Below are positions 38,431-47,859 of a stretch of 64,000 bases of DNA, piece after piece. The notes beneath the pieces were generated by a model. It worked only from the letters and a program-made list of their open reading frames with translations. It searched no databases and was not told where the DNA came from. How positions within the stretch are numbered: position 1 is the stretch's first letter; each line of letters begins with the position of its first letter. Origin of the DNA: Candidatus Hydrothermarchaeum profundi (lineage in GTDB: Archaea > Hydrothermarchaeota > Hydrothermarchaeia > Hydrothermarchaeales > Hydrothermarchaeaceae); NCBI GenBank assembly GCA_002011125.2, contig MTMF02000009.1, forward strand, positions 936,989 to 1,000,988, given 5' to 3'. The position numbers and the translations under genes are program-made.

Positions 38431-39690
38431 ATGCTCTTAAAAAACTGTAGGATAGTTAGTTCTAGTAAAATTATAATGGCAGATATTTTAATTGAGGGAG
38501 AAAAGATAAAAGAAGTAGGGGTGGGTCTCCGAGGGGATGAAATTTTTAATCTTCGAGGCAAGCTCGTTATACCCGGAGTTATCGACCTCCATGTACATAT
38601 GCGTGATTTCAGCCAGAAGTATAAGGAGGATTTTACTTCAGGTAGTAAAGCCGCTCTGGCAGGGGGGGTTACTACTTTTGTGGATATGCCAAACTCTTCT
38701 CCCCCGGTTATTGACGCAAAGACCTTCAGGAGAAGATTAGAAGAAGCTGGTAGAAAGTCCCTTATAGATTTTGGGATTAATTTTGGAGTTGTTACTGATA
38801 ATTCGAGATTTCTTAAGGATATTAGACCATCATTTTGTAAGATATACATGGATGGAACTCTTGGTGAAATTGATGATGAAACACTAAGAAACGCTATTAG
38901 GAGATGTCCTAAAACTGCAGTACATGCTGAGGATATAAACGTCATTAAGGAAAACATAGAAAAATTCAAGGGCAAAGAAGTCTCTGATTTTCATTTGAAG
39001 ATAAGAGGGCCGGAGGCTGAAGAAAAAGCGATAAAAAAAATTGCTTCGCTTACCGCATCCTTAAATAAAAGTGTTCATATTTGCCATATTTCTTTAAGAA
39101 AATCGCTGGAGTATCTCAATGAGAACGTAACTTGCGAAGTAACACCTCATCATCTATTGCTCACAAATAAAGAGTTAAAGGAAAAGGGGGGCATTGCAAA
39201 GACAAATCCTCCCCTCAGGTCTCAAAGTGATACTAATGCTCTTATGGGAGCACTAAAGAATAGGAGGATAGATATAGTAGCAAGTGATCATGCGCCTCAC
39301 TTGGAGGATGAAAAAGAGGATGAGGTATCTGCTCCTCCAGGAATACCTAATTTAGACATTATGCTTAAGCTGTTCTTAACTCTCGTCAATAAGAAAGTGC
39401 TTACTTTAAGTGATATTGTAAGGACGATGTGCGAAAATCCGGCTAGATTACTGGGATTGAAAAAAGGCGAAATAAAAAAGGACAACTATGCTGATCTTGT
39501 TATTCTGGACTTAGAGAAGGAAAGTAAAATAGAGGTGGAGGAGTTTTATTCAAAGGCGAAGTACTCGCCTTTTGAAGGTTGGAGAACTAAAGGCTGCCCT
39601 GAGGTAGTATTTATAAGGGGAGAAATCGCTTTCGAGGATGAGGATTTTATTGTGAAAAGAGGATATGGAAAATGGATAGGAGGGATGTGA
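38431..39690 (+). CDS. pyrC: Dihydroorotase (amidohydrolase family)
   Basis: PGVIDLHVHMR, GGVTTFVDMPN, HAED, CEVTPHHL, KTNPPLR, ASDHAPH. Confidence 0.9.
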   Translation: MLLKNCRIVSSSKIIMADILIEGEKIKEVGVGLRGDEIFNLRGKLVIPGVIDLHVHMRDFSQKYKEDFTSGSKAALAGGVTTFVDMPNSSPPVIDAKTFRRRLEEAGRKSLIDFGINFGVVTDNSRFLKDIRPSFCKIYMDGTLGEIDDETLRNAIRRCPKTAVHAEDINVIKENIEKFKGKEVSDFHLKIRGPEAEEKAIKKIASLTASLNKSVHICHISLRKSLEYLNENVTCEVTPHHLLLTNKELKEKGGIAKTNPPLRSQSDTNALMGALKNRRIDIVASDHAPHLEDEKEDEVSAPPGIPNLDIMLKLFLTLVNKKVLTLSDIVRTMCENPARLLGLKKGEIKKDNYADLVILDLEKESKIEVEEFYSKAKYSPFEGWRTKGCPEVVFIRGEIAFEDEDFIVKRGYGKWIGGM

Positions 39691-39840
39691 ATGGGATATG
39701 AATATTCTATAATAAACATGAGCCATCTAAAAGAGAGGGGGATAATTGCTCAAGAGAGTGCCCTAAATAAATTGGGTAGGGAGGGGTGGGAATTAGTCGG
39801 CATAGATGGAGAGTGGTATATATTTAAGAGGCCTATCTAG
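39691..39840 (+). CDS. 49-aa DUF4177-like protein (absent from the ORF track)
   Basis: Manual translation MGYEYSIINMSHLKERGIIAQESALNKLGREGWELVGIDGEWYIFKRPI*; YEY/LN.LG.EGWELV/FKRP pattern; abuts the pyrC stop. Confidence 0.75.
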   Translation: MGYEYSIINMSHLKERGIIAQESALNKLGREGWELVGIDGEWYIFKRPI

Positions 39841-40033
39841 TCGCGAGTTTGATGTCTTTAGCTTTTACTGTCTTTCTCCCAGCATGTTTTGCTAGTTTTC
39901 CGGCTTCTATTGAAATCTCAGATCCGATCTCCTCTAATACTGCCGCAAGTTCCATTGCCGCATCGTTACCAACCCTTAAACCAGTCGCTTTTCGTATAAT
40001 TCTATCTGCTGCAGCCACAGGTATATCGGCCAT
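39833..40033 (-). CDS. Archaeal histone (HMf family)
   Basis: IPVAAADRIIR..G.RV..DA...LA...HAGRKTVKAKDIKLA; SD AGGTGA. Confidence 0.95.
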   Translation of the reverse strand: MADIPVAAADRIIRKATGLRVGNDAAMELAAVLEEIGSEISIEAGKLAKHAGRKTVKAKDIKLATR

Positions 40034-40092
40034 TTACATCACCTAAGAGAATAATCAAAGACATACAATATAAAGATTTCGTAAAAAAGGCC

Positions 40093-40974
40093 TTATTTGC
40101 TCGCTAATTTAACAGAATTAATTATTTTCTTTGTAGGTACAAAATTTTTATCTAAACCAAGTTTTTTTGGAGTTATTCCCAAAGCTAAGCCTATAAGTTG
40201 AGTAAAATAGAGCACTGGAACTTCTATTTTCTCATTATACTCTTTTTCAATGTACATTTGTCTAGCGTCTAATGCCATATGGCATAGCGGGCAGGCAGTT
40301 ATAATACAATCTGCATTTTCTTTAGCATCTAGAAGGATTTCTCGACTGAGTTTCATTTGTACTCCTTCATTTGCCATCATCAGTGCTCCCCCACAGCACT
40401 TGACTTTGTGTTGGAAAGGAGCGACAGTTGCGCCCACAGCTTCTATTATTCTATCCATTGATGTCGGCCTTTCAGGGCTATCGAATCTCTTATTCCTAGG
40501 GGGTCTAACTATAACGCATCCATAATACGGAGCTACTTTAAGACCGTTGAGAGAATTCACCACTTTTTCTGCTAGCTTTTCGATTCCAATATCATTTACT
40601 ATAACATCAAGAGGATGCTTCACATCTATACTGCCTTTTACTTTAAGGCCTGTCCCCTCTAAAGCTTTATTCATCTTATCTAGAAGTTCTCTATCCATTT
40701 TAATAGAATCACTGGTTTCCCATTCTCTAAGATAACATTCTGGGCAGGGGGCCAGTATATCCATATTCTCTTTCTCTGCTAGTGCTAAATTCCGTGCAGC
40801 TAAGGAAAGGGAGAGTAGGTGATCTATTGAATAAGCGGCAGACGCACCACAACAGTTCCAATCTTCTATCTCTTTAAGCTCCACTCCTAGAGCTTTAAAC
40901 ACTTCCTTTACTGACATATCATATTCTTTAGCAGTCGCTTCCAATGAGCATCCCGGATAATAAGCGTATTTCAC
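40093..40974 (-). CDS. hdrB: Heterodisulfide reductase subunit B
   Basis: YYPGCS, WNCCGA, PYYGC, CCGG, TACPLCH CCG domains. Confidence 0.9.
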   Translation of the reverse strand: MKYAYYPGCSLEATAKEYDMSVKEVFKALGVELKEIEDWNCCGASAAYSIDHLLSLSLAARNLALAEKENMDILAPCPECYLREWETSDSIKMDRELLDKMNKALEGTGLKVKGSIDVKHPLDVIVNDIGIEKLAEKVVNSLNGLKVAPYYGCVIVRPPRNKRFDSPERPTSMDRIIEAVGATVAPFQHKVKCCGGALMMANEGVQMKLSREILLDAKENADCIITACPLCHMALDARQMYIEKEYNEKIEVPVLYFTQLIGLALGITPKKLGLDKNFVPTKKIINSVKLASK

Positions 40975-41564
40975 TTTTCTTCCTCCTCTATTTTGCGTAT
41001 ATTTTCAATAATCTTTTTCATATGTTCTCTACCTTTAATTTTATGAGGCATTAGAGCTATTTTTCCCTTTTTTGTGAGTTCCATTCCAAGAGAAGCATGT
41101 CGCAATAAGTGTTTTAGCGTACCTGACAGAGAGCCCTCTGATTTTTGAGCAAATTTGAGCATTAATAGAGGTTCGAACATTCTTCCATAAGATAAAGCAA
41201 TCTCCACGAAAGAATTGTAAAAAGCTGGGCCTTTCTCGTTTGCAGCCCTAACTCCCTCCCTTATTGCTATGCTTTTTAACGCCCCCATAACATTGGTTAT
41301 TTCCACTCCTCTAGGACATCGAGTTTGACAGGTGTAACAAGAAGCACATACCCATATAGTTTCACTATTCAGAACTTTATCTTTTATACCTAAAGTTACC
41401 ATACGCATTATCTGCCTTGGTGTGTAGTCCATGGTATACACCGTTGGGCAACCCGCAGAGCAGGTACCACATTGGAAGCAGAGATGGACATTTTCTCCAC
41501 CTGCTTCCTCTACTTCATATACAAAATTTGGGTCACAATCTTTAAGTCTTATTATTTGTTCCAC
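40971..41564 (-). CDS. hdrC: Heterodisulfide reductase subunit C
   Basis: CFQCGTCSAGCP and CASCYTCQTRCP; adjacent to hdrB. Confidence 0.9.
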   Translation of the reverse strand: MEQIIRLKDCDPNFVYEVEEAGGENVHLCFQCGTCSAGCPTVYTMDYTPRQIMRMVTLGIKDKVLNSETIWVCASCYTCQTRCPRGVEITNVMGALKSIAIREGVRAANEKGPAFYNSFVEIALSYGRMFEPLLMLKFAQKSEGSLSGTLKHLLRHASLGMELTKKGKIALMPHKIKGREHMKKIIENIRKIEEEEK

Positions 41565-41619
41565 TTTAACACCTTTGCAACACTTTGAATCTTGCCAAGG
41601 TAAAAATTATCTATCAACC

Positions 41620-42783
41620 TCACAAAAATTTTTTGGAAAACCGTTCTATCCTTTTCAGAGCGATACTTATATCCTCAAAAGAGGCGGCGTATGCGCATCT
41701 TATAAAACCTCTGCCGGCATCTCCAAAAACATCACCGGGTACAACAGCGACTTTCTCCTCTTTAAGAAGTTTCTCAGAAAATTCCACGGAGCTAAGCCCT
41801 GTTTTTTTAATGGACGGGAAGGCATAAAAGGCGCCTTTTGGTTCAAAGCATTCTAGGCCGATCTCATTTAACCTTTTAACTATTAACTTTCTACGCCTAT
41901 TGTATTCTCTAACCATCTCTATATAAGATCTCCTTCCTCTCCGCAAGGCCTCTATTGCAGCCATCTGGGACATTATAGGTGCGCATAATGCCGCATATTG
42001 GTGGATTTTCATCATGGCTTCTATTATTTTCTCGTTTCCACATGCATAACCAAGCCTCCACCCCGTCATTGCATACGCCTTAGAAAACCCGTTTAAATAA
42101 ATTACTTTATCTTTCATTCCATTTAGTGATGCAATAGAATAATGTTTCCCTGAGTAGGTGAGTTTATCGTAAACTTCATCAGAAATAACCAATAGATCAT
42201 GTTCATTGACGACATCTGCTATACCCTCTATCTCGCTTTTATCTAATATCGCGCCAGTAGGATTATTAGGATAGCTTAGTACAATAGCCTTAGTTTTAGG
42301 CGTAATTTTTTCTTCTATCTCCTCAGGTAGAACTTTGAAATCGTTTTCAACTTTTGTTGGAATAACCACAGGTCTACCGCCTGCGAATATTACACATGGT
42401 TTATATGCAACATAGCATGGCTCAGGTATAATTACTTCATCTCCTGGGTTGATAGTAGCTCTTATAGCGAGGTCAAAGGCTTCGCTGACTCCAACAGTAA
42501 CTAAAATGCTCGTTAAAGGGTCATAATTTATTCCGTAGTCGTTGTATATTGATCTAGATAGTTCTTCTCTCAGTTCAAGCATGCCGTAGTTAGAGGTATA
42601 CATAGTGTATCCTTTTTCTAAAGAATAAATGCATGCTTCTCTTATATGCCATGGCGTCACAAAATCCGGTTCTCCAACTCCGAGGGATATGATATCCTCC
42701 ATACCCATAACTAGCTCGAAGAACTTTCTTATACCAGACTTAGGGACACTTTTTACCCTATCTGAGATGATTGTCTCATCCAT
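41620..42783 (-). CDS. Class I/II PLP aminotransferase
   Basis: SLGVGEPDF, YPNNPTG, SDEVY, GFSKAYAMTGWRLG. Confidence 0.92.
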   Translation of the reverse strand: MDETIISDRVKSVPKSGIRKFFELVMGMEDIISLGVGEPDFVTPWHIREACIYSLEKGYTMYTSNYGMLELREELSRSIYNDYGINYDPLTSILVTVGVSEAFDLAIRATINPGDEVIIPEPCYVAYKPCVIFAGGRPVVIPTKVENDFKVLPEEIEEKITPKTKAIVLSYPNNPTGAILDKSEIEGIADVVNEHDLLVISDEVYDKLTYSGKHYSIASLNGMKDKVIYLNGFSKAYAMTGWRLGYACGNEKIIEAMMKIHQYAALCAPIMSQMAAIEALRRGRRSYIEMVREYNRRRKLIVKRLNEIGLECFEPKGAFYAFPSIKKTGLSSVEFSEKLLKEEKVAVVPGDVFGDAGRGFIRCAYAASFEDISIALKRIERFSKKFL

Positions 42784-42828
42784 AAGATGCAACTGCATTC
42801 TAATATTTATAAAAAGCTTTCTAGGATT

Positions 42829-43314
42829 TCAAGGACTAATTGCGAGTCTTTTGTGTTCTTCTCTATCAAAAAGTATGTCCCCATCCTCTTTATAGATGTT
42901 TAAAACAAAATGAGTAACGGTGCTTTGAACTCTCTCAAGAGGTGAAAGCTTTTCTTGTACAAAGGATGCTACTTCTTTCATATTTCTACCTTCTACAAGC
43001 ACTTCTAAATCGTATTCGCCTGAGACGAGGTACAGAGCTTTGACTTCAGGAAATCTCATAATCCTCTCTGCGACAGCGTCATAGCCTTTTTCTCTAACAG
43101 GACTGACTTTTACATCTATAAGGGCGTGAACAGACTCTCGGCCAGCTTTTTCCCAGTTTATCACAGTTTTGTATTTCCTGATAATTCCTTTCTTTTCATA
43201 TTCTTTGATTTGCTCTTTAACTTTTTTCTCCGAGATTCCTAGCATTGTTGCTAGCTCTTTGGCGGATATCCTAGCATTCTTTTCTAATATCTCAAGTAAT
43301 TCCATAATTTCCAC
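42829..43314 (-). CDS. Lrp/AsnC family regulator
   Basis: N-terminal HTH (LEKNARIS..ELA), RAM domain LVSGEYDL; upstream of the aminotransferase. Confidence 0.9.
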   Translation of the reverse strand: MEIMELLEILEKNARISAKELATMLGISEKKVKEQIKEYEKKGIIRKYKTVINWEKAGRESVHALIDVKVSPVREKGYDAVAERIMRFPEVKALYLVSGEYDLEVLVEGRNMKEVASFVQEKLSPLERVQSTVTHFVLNIYKEDGDILFDREEHKRLAISP

Positions 43315-43315
43315 C

Positions 43316-46099
43316 TCATTCTTTTGATACAGGTTTAGTTATTGTTAAAGTTTTAAGTATTACTAGTATTATTATTATTGAGGAGATCATCGTAACTGCT
43401 GCCTGCTTTTTCGTTAGTTTAAGTTCTTTAGGTACTTCTTCTGGTTTTTCTATAACTTTCTTATTTACATTTATTCTAAGCTCGTTAGAAACCTTTATAT
43501 ATTCGTTACCCACCCGGTCCTTCCATTTTACTGTGGCTGGATCTAATGGGTAACTACCCTCATATAACCCCTTAATTCTGTACTTATTTATTACTTCTTC
43601 CCCAGGTTTCAGCTTTGCTACCTTAATCTCGGTAGACCCCTCTATTAATACGAAATTTACTGGGGTAAAGTCGGACAAAATAACCTCGAATGCAGTTGCT
43701 TCGCCTATATTCTTGGATTTCAAGGTAACGTTTACTTCATCTCCCTCGTATATGCTGGTATTACTTACCTCTTTTGTTATAGTGAGAATTGCTCCTTTTA
43801 CTTTAAATATTAGGGTTCCTTTTAGCTCGTTCCCATTGAAGGTTACCTTGTATGGAATCTCATACAAACCTGATCTCAGTCCTCTTAGCAAAAAGTATAT
43901 CTCCTCTTCTTCTTTTACATTTAAGCTTCCGTTCCATTCTATTATACCCGTATATACTTTCCAAGTACTATTCGCATACCGCATTGTAGCTTCTTCTCTA
44001 CCTTGCCAAGCAGTATCATTGGACGCTAGTTCTACGTTCCTAGGAAGCTCTATCTTTAATGATATATTTTCCAAGAAAGCAAATCCCTTATTTTTCAAGC
44101 GTATTATCCCTTCTCCATATTCCTCTACCTCGGTTTCATTAGAATAGTTTAATGTTATTTGGAGGTCTTTTTTTTCTATAGCTACAAACAATATAGGTGG
44201 AAGCGGTGGCGATACTACTAATTTTGTACTCGAATTCGTTATAAATTTTCTACCGAATAAGTCAAAGTATTCTGCGGTCGTGTTAATTTCGAAAACCGAT
44301 TTTTTTTCAACTTTTGGAGTTCTAATCGTATACTCATATATCACATTCGTAGGAGACCAGTTCCTACTACTTCCATCGGGGTAATACTGTGCTTTAAGCA
44401 CATCTATATAATGGTAGGTCTGACCTTTAATAATTCTAAACGGGATGGCTACTCTAGCTGTGATGTCATGTACCGAATCGCTTCCATTAGAGCTTAGTGT
44501 TATGTTAAAGTCTACTTCACAGTCCGATAAGACCTTAAGTTCTGAAGGCTGGGTAATATTCAACCCAGGATATAACCCATAGAATATCCCTCGAGATGAA
44601 AAATTTACGCCCTCGATTTTTTCGGTGCAATAACATGCACATTTGCTGTCATATTCTTTCCCAAATTCTAATGATGCAGGAGCAACATCTATATATCCAA
44701 TATCGGTTCTAAGCGTCAGGTTTCCATGTCGTATGACCTCCGCCGTATAATTATACAAAAGTCTCTCTTCTCCTGGAGATATCTCCCCCACCCATGAGGT
44801 CTTACCATGGGCTTTTAAGCCTTTGAGAATTTCTTTTACTTCCACCCCCCGTGCTACAGTATTCCCTATGTTTTTAATTTTAACACTCACGTTGGCTGTT
44901 CGATTGATCCAGACTTCTTTGGGAGAGTCTATTATAGTGTCGTACTCCCTTTTTTTCCACCATTTGTCTTCATTTATTTTCCAAGTGGTTTCGCCGTTTA
45001 CAGTACTTTTAATAGGGCTAATACTCCATTTTATGCCATTTATTTCTTTTTCAATAACTAGGAGGGGGGAAAATCTAATTGTGCTGTTTTCAGAAAAGCT
45101 TTCGTAAGAGTTACCAAAGCGGTCTTGGTAAGCTACTTTGCTGATTCCAGAACACATGATTGGGGTTTCTGAAGTCACATAATAAGTAAAGATTTTTCTT
45201 TGTCCTTCTAGTATATTGCCTGACCATTTATTGATACCTTGGACAACTTTTATCTGAGGCGGAAGGACATCCTCCCATCGAGCATTGTATGCATCTAGGT
45301 TGCCCGTGTTGTTTATCGTGATTGTTACTCCCACTCTTCTTCCGGGTCCGTCTAGCGAAGAGTTAGTTGTTTTTCTTTCAACCTCCAGTACAGCTGATTT
45401 TATTTCGATAGGTATAGCGTAAAACTCCGAGTGGTCTTGAACTCTTCCAAGCTGGATATTCTCATCATAATAGTCAAGCTTAAGGAATAGATTGTAGATA
45501 AAAGGTTTTCCTACGTCGGGGGTCTTTAATTTGTATTCAACTTTTATTGTGCTACCGGGGCATAAGTCATAGGCTCTGGCGTTGGTGTCTAAGATCTGAA
45601 AATCTCCAAATTCCGGTGTAAGAACTATATTCTTAGCTTCAAGTTCCCCCGTATTGTTTAAAGTTACTTTGAGAGTGAATATTTCGTTTGGATATGTGTA
45701 ATTCCTTTCTGTTTCTGTTATGACATCGCTTGCAAGAGTTAAATTCGCTCGATGAGGCGTGTAAATAGTTAAATTTGCTACGTTGCCTCCTGTATTATGA
45801 AGTTCTAAGAGAATATCTTCTCTCTTAATAATGTTGTCCTCTCCAACTTGGAGGGAAGTTTTGAGGTACTCACTAGAATGCTTTAATACTGATACCCTCA
45901 CAATACCTGGGGCTATAATTTTAGTCACAGTGACTTCAAAATCCTCTACCTTTATTGGTGTATTAATAGTTAAATTTCCTGTAGTATTTCTAGGACTCCA
46001 GCCTGGGAACTTGCCTTCTATTACTTCTGGGCATTTCGCACTTACCGTAGAAAAGGATAAAAAAAGTACAATTAATATTAGAACCTTATTGCTTGACAT
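43316..46099 (-). CDS. Large surface / S-layer-like protein with multiple Ig-like (DUF11/BatD-like) domains
   Basis: Signal peptide, repeated V...N.G...A..V motifs, many sequons, C-terminal TM. Confidence 0.75.
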   Translation of the reverse strand: MSSNKVLILIVLFLSFSTVSAKCPEVIEGKFPGWSPRNTTGNLTINTPIKVEDFEVTVTKIIAPGIVRVSVLKHSSEYLKTSLQVGEDNIIKREDILLELHNTGGNVANLTIYTPHRANLTLASDVITETERNYTYPNEIFTLKVTLNNTGELEAKNIVLTPEFGDFQILDTNARAYDLCPGSTIKVEYKLKTPDVGKPFIYNLFLKLDYYDENIQLGRVQDHSEFYAIPIEIKSAVLEVERKTTNSSLDGPGRRVGVTITINNTGNLDAYNARWEDVLPPQIKVVQGINKWSGNILEGQRKIFTYYVTSETPIMCSGISKVAYQDRFGNSYESFSENSTIRFSPLLVIEKEINGIKWSISPIKSTVNGETTWKINEDKWWKKREYDTIIDSPKEVWINRTANVSVKIKNIGNTVARGVEVKEILKGLKAHGKTSWVGEISPGEERLLYNYTAEVIRHGNLTLRTDIGYIDVAPASLEFGKEYDSKCACYCTEKIEGVNFSSRGIFYGLYPGLNITQPSELKVLSDCEVDFNITLSSNGSDSVHDITARVAIPFRIIKGQTYHYIDVLKAQYYPDGSSRNWSPTNVIYEYTIRTPKVEKKSVFEINTTAEYFDLFGRKFITNSSTKLVVSPPLPPILFVAIEKKDLQITLNYSNETEVEEYGEGIIRLKNKGFAFLENISLKIELPRNVELASNDTAWQGREEATMRYANSTWKVYTGIIEWNGSLNVKEEEEIYFLLRGLRSGLYEIPYKVTFNGNELKGTLIFKVKGAILTITKEVSNTSIYEGDEVNVTLKSKNIGEATAFEVILSDFTPVNFVLIEGSTEIKVAKLKPGEEVINKYRIKGLYEGSYPLDPATVKWKDRVGNEYIKVSNELRINVNKKVIEKPEEVPKELKLTKKQAAVTMISSIIIILVILKTLTITKPVSKE

Positions 46100-46165
46100 C
46101 TGACTTCCTTCCTCACTAGTATTAATATAAGTTTTAAATATAAGCGTTACCTTTAAACAGAATTG

Positions 46166-46333
46166 ATGGATTTAATTAAACTCCTCGAAATAGCTGAAGA
46201 TAGGGAGCTGAATATAAACTTAATAGTTGAGGGTAATAAAATTTTTGAGGTTAGAGCTAAAGATAGGAATATAGACATAGAGATAGTAGACCCAGAGGCT
46301 TTTAAAAATATACTTAAGGAGCTGAGACGGTGA
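46166..46333 (+). CDS. 55-aa hypothetical protein (absent from the ORF track)
   Basis: MDLIKLLEIAEDRELNINLIVEGNKIFEVRAKDRNIDIEIVDPEAFKNILKELRR*; GTGA overlap with the next ORF. Confidence 0.6.
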   Translation: MDLIKLLEIAEDRELNINLIVEGNKIFEVRAKDRNIDIEIVDPEAFKNILKELRR

Positions 46334-46515
46334 AAGAACTAAGTGAACTCATGGGATTGGCTAATGAATTGAAAAAAAGGAATTATACAGTTAATATATT
46401 TAATAATAAAAAGCTGATTTTAAGGATGGGGAAAGAAGCAAAGCCGGGTTTACTCTCTGCATTTGGACCTATTGAAATAAAAGACCTGCGAGCGATTTTA
46501 AGCCTCTTAGGATAA
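46330..46515 (+). CDS. 61-aa hypothetical protein
   Basis: GTG start overlapping the upstream stop; ends 2 nt before the next gene. Confidence 0.6.
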   Translation: MKELSELMGLANELKKRNYTVNIFNNKKLILRMGKEAKPGLLSAFGPIEIKDLRAILSLLG

Positions 46516-46517
46516 AG

Positions 46518-47537
46518 ATGTTGGCAGTTCGAGTTAAAAAAATAGATGCTGAACTTGCGCGCAGGATTCTCTCATCCGGGAGATGGATTGATAAGGGAAG
46601 GCTTATACAAGTTAAAAGTGATTACGTCGAGATACCTATACGGAACGTAAACCTTCCAAAATTTGGATTTAACTACGAGATCATAAAGCAGACAGACCCG
46701 GTTTTTAATTCTAAGGAGAAGCTAAACTTTAGGACATTAAAAGAGAAGCTAGTAAGAGAATTTGGGAAAAAAGCAGAGAATATTCGAGGTGGATGGGAGG
46801 TAATAGGTGACATCTTAATTATAGATTTACCAAAGGAGCTTGAGGACGAGAAATATTTAGTAGGAGAAAAATTGAGAAACTTATTCCCAAGAATCAATAG
46901 TGTAGTAATAAGGCGGGGTATCGTTGGGGACTATAGGAAACCTATGATTGAACTAATATCTGGGACAAAAACTAACACTATACACAAAGAGAACTATTGT
47001 TATTTTAAAATCGATGTTTCTAGAGTGATGTTCTGCGCAGGTAATATGGATGAAAGGAGGAGGATGGCTTTTATATCCAACTCTGATGAAGTTGTAGTGG
47101 ATATGTTTGCAGGAATCGGCCAATTCACAGTACCGATGGCAAAACATTCAAAGCCTAAGAAAATATATGCTATTGAAAAAAATCCTTCAGCTTTTGAGTT
47201 CTTAAAAGAAAACATTAGATTAAATAAACTAAATAATGTCGCCCCTATATTAGGGGACTGTAGATTAGTGTGTCCTCAGAATATAGCGGATAGGGTTATA
47301 ATGGGATATTTTTTTGATCCTCATGAGTATTTACCCACTGCGGTAAAGGCCTTGAGGGAGGGAGGGATTATTCACTACCATTTCTTATCAACAAAGGATA
47401 AGATAACTGATAAGTGGCGGCAAACGAAGGTTCATATAAAAAGACTTGGATCAAAGGTTTCTCTAAATGATAAAAGAATAGTAAAATCTTATGCTCCTAA
47501 AATATGGCATGTGGTCTTCGATTTAGAGGTGAAATAG
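46518..47537 (+). CDS. Trm5/Taw2 (TYW2) family SAM-dependent tRNA modification enzyme
   Basis: TIHKEN, VMFCAGN..ER, DMFAGIGQF, EKNP, ADRVIMGY, KSYAP. Confidence 0.85.
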   Translation: MLAVRVKKIDAELARRILSSGRWIDKGRLIQVKSDYVEIPIRNVNLPKFGFNYEIIKQTDPVFNSKEKLNFRTLKEKLVREFGKKAENIRGGWEVIGDILIIDLPKELEDEKYLVGEKLRNLFPRINSVVIRRGIVGDYRKPMIELISGTKTNTIHKENYCYFKIDVSRVMFCAGNMDERRRMAFISNSDEVVVDMFAGIGQFTVPMAKHSKPKKIYAIEKNPSAFEFLKENIRLNKLNNVAPILGDCRLVCPQNIADRVIMGYFFDPHEYLPTAVKALREGGIIHYHFLSTKDKITDKWRQTKVHIKRLGSKVSLNDKRIVKSYAPKIWHVVFDLEVK

Positions 47538-47599
47538 ACAATTAATCTATTGCGAAAATTATTTATGTTTTTTCAATCATACATTCTAGAGGAAGGACT

Positions 47600-47848
47600 A
47601 TGGTTTTTTTTATCGATGTTATAATGTGGCTCGTACTAGCTAGCTATATTTTCCTTGTTTTTATTTCATGGTATAATTTCAGAAGAGCAAAGTTAAAGAT
47701 AGTTCTATTCTTTGCCCTAGGTTTTTCAACCTTATTAGTGGCAAGGATATTGTACTCCACAATGGGATACCAGGAAGCCGAGGTATATATTACTCTTCTT
47801 GAATTCTGTGCTGCAGTATATTTCGTAGCTGGTATGCTCTCCGTATAA
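47600..47848 (+). CDS. Small 3-TM membrane protein
   Basis: Hydrophobic 82-aa ORF, co-oriented with the downstream cytochrome. Confidence 0.65.
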   Translation: MVFFIDVIMWLVLASYIFLVFISWYNFRRAKLKIVLFFALGFSTLLVARILYSTMGYQEAEVYITLLEFCAAVYFVAGMLSV

Positions 47849-47859
47849 GAGGGTTTATA

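Noticed and set aside
38412-38975. 187-aa antisense ORF over pyrC, and similar antisense ORFs over other housekeeping genes
   Set aside because: Fully overlap well-supported genes and have no recognisable motifs.
40093-41564. Inferring methanogenesis from hdrBC
   Set aside because: HdrBC occurs in many non-methanogens; no mcr or mtr genes in the window.
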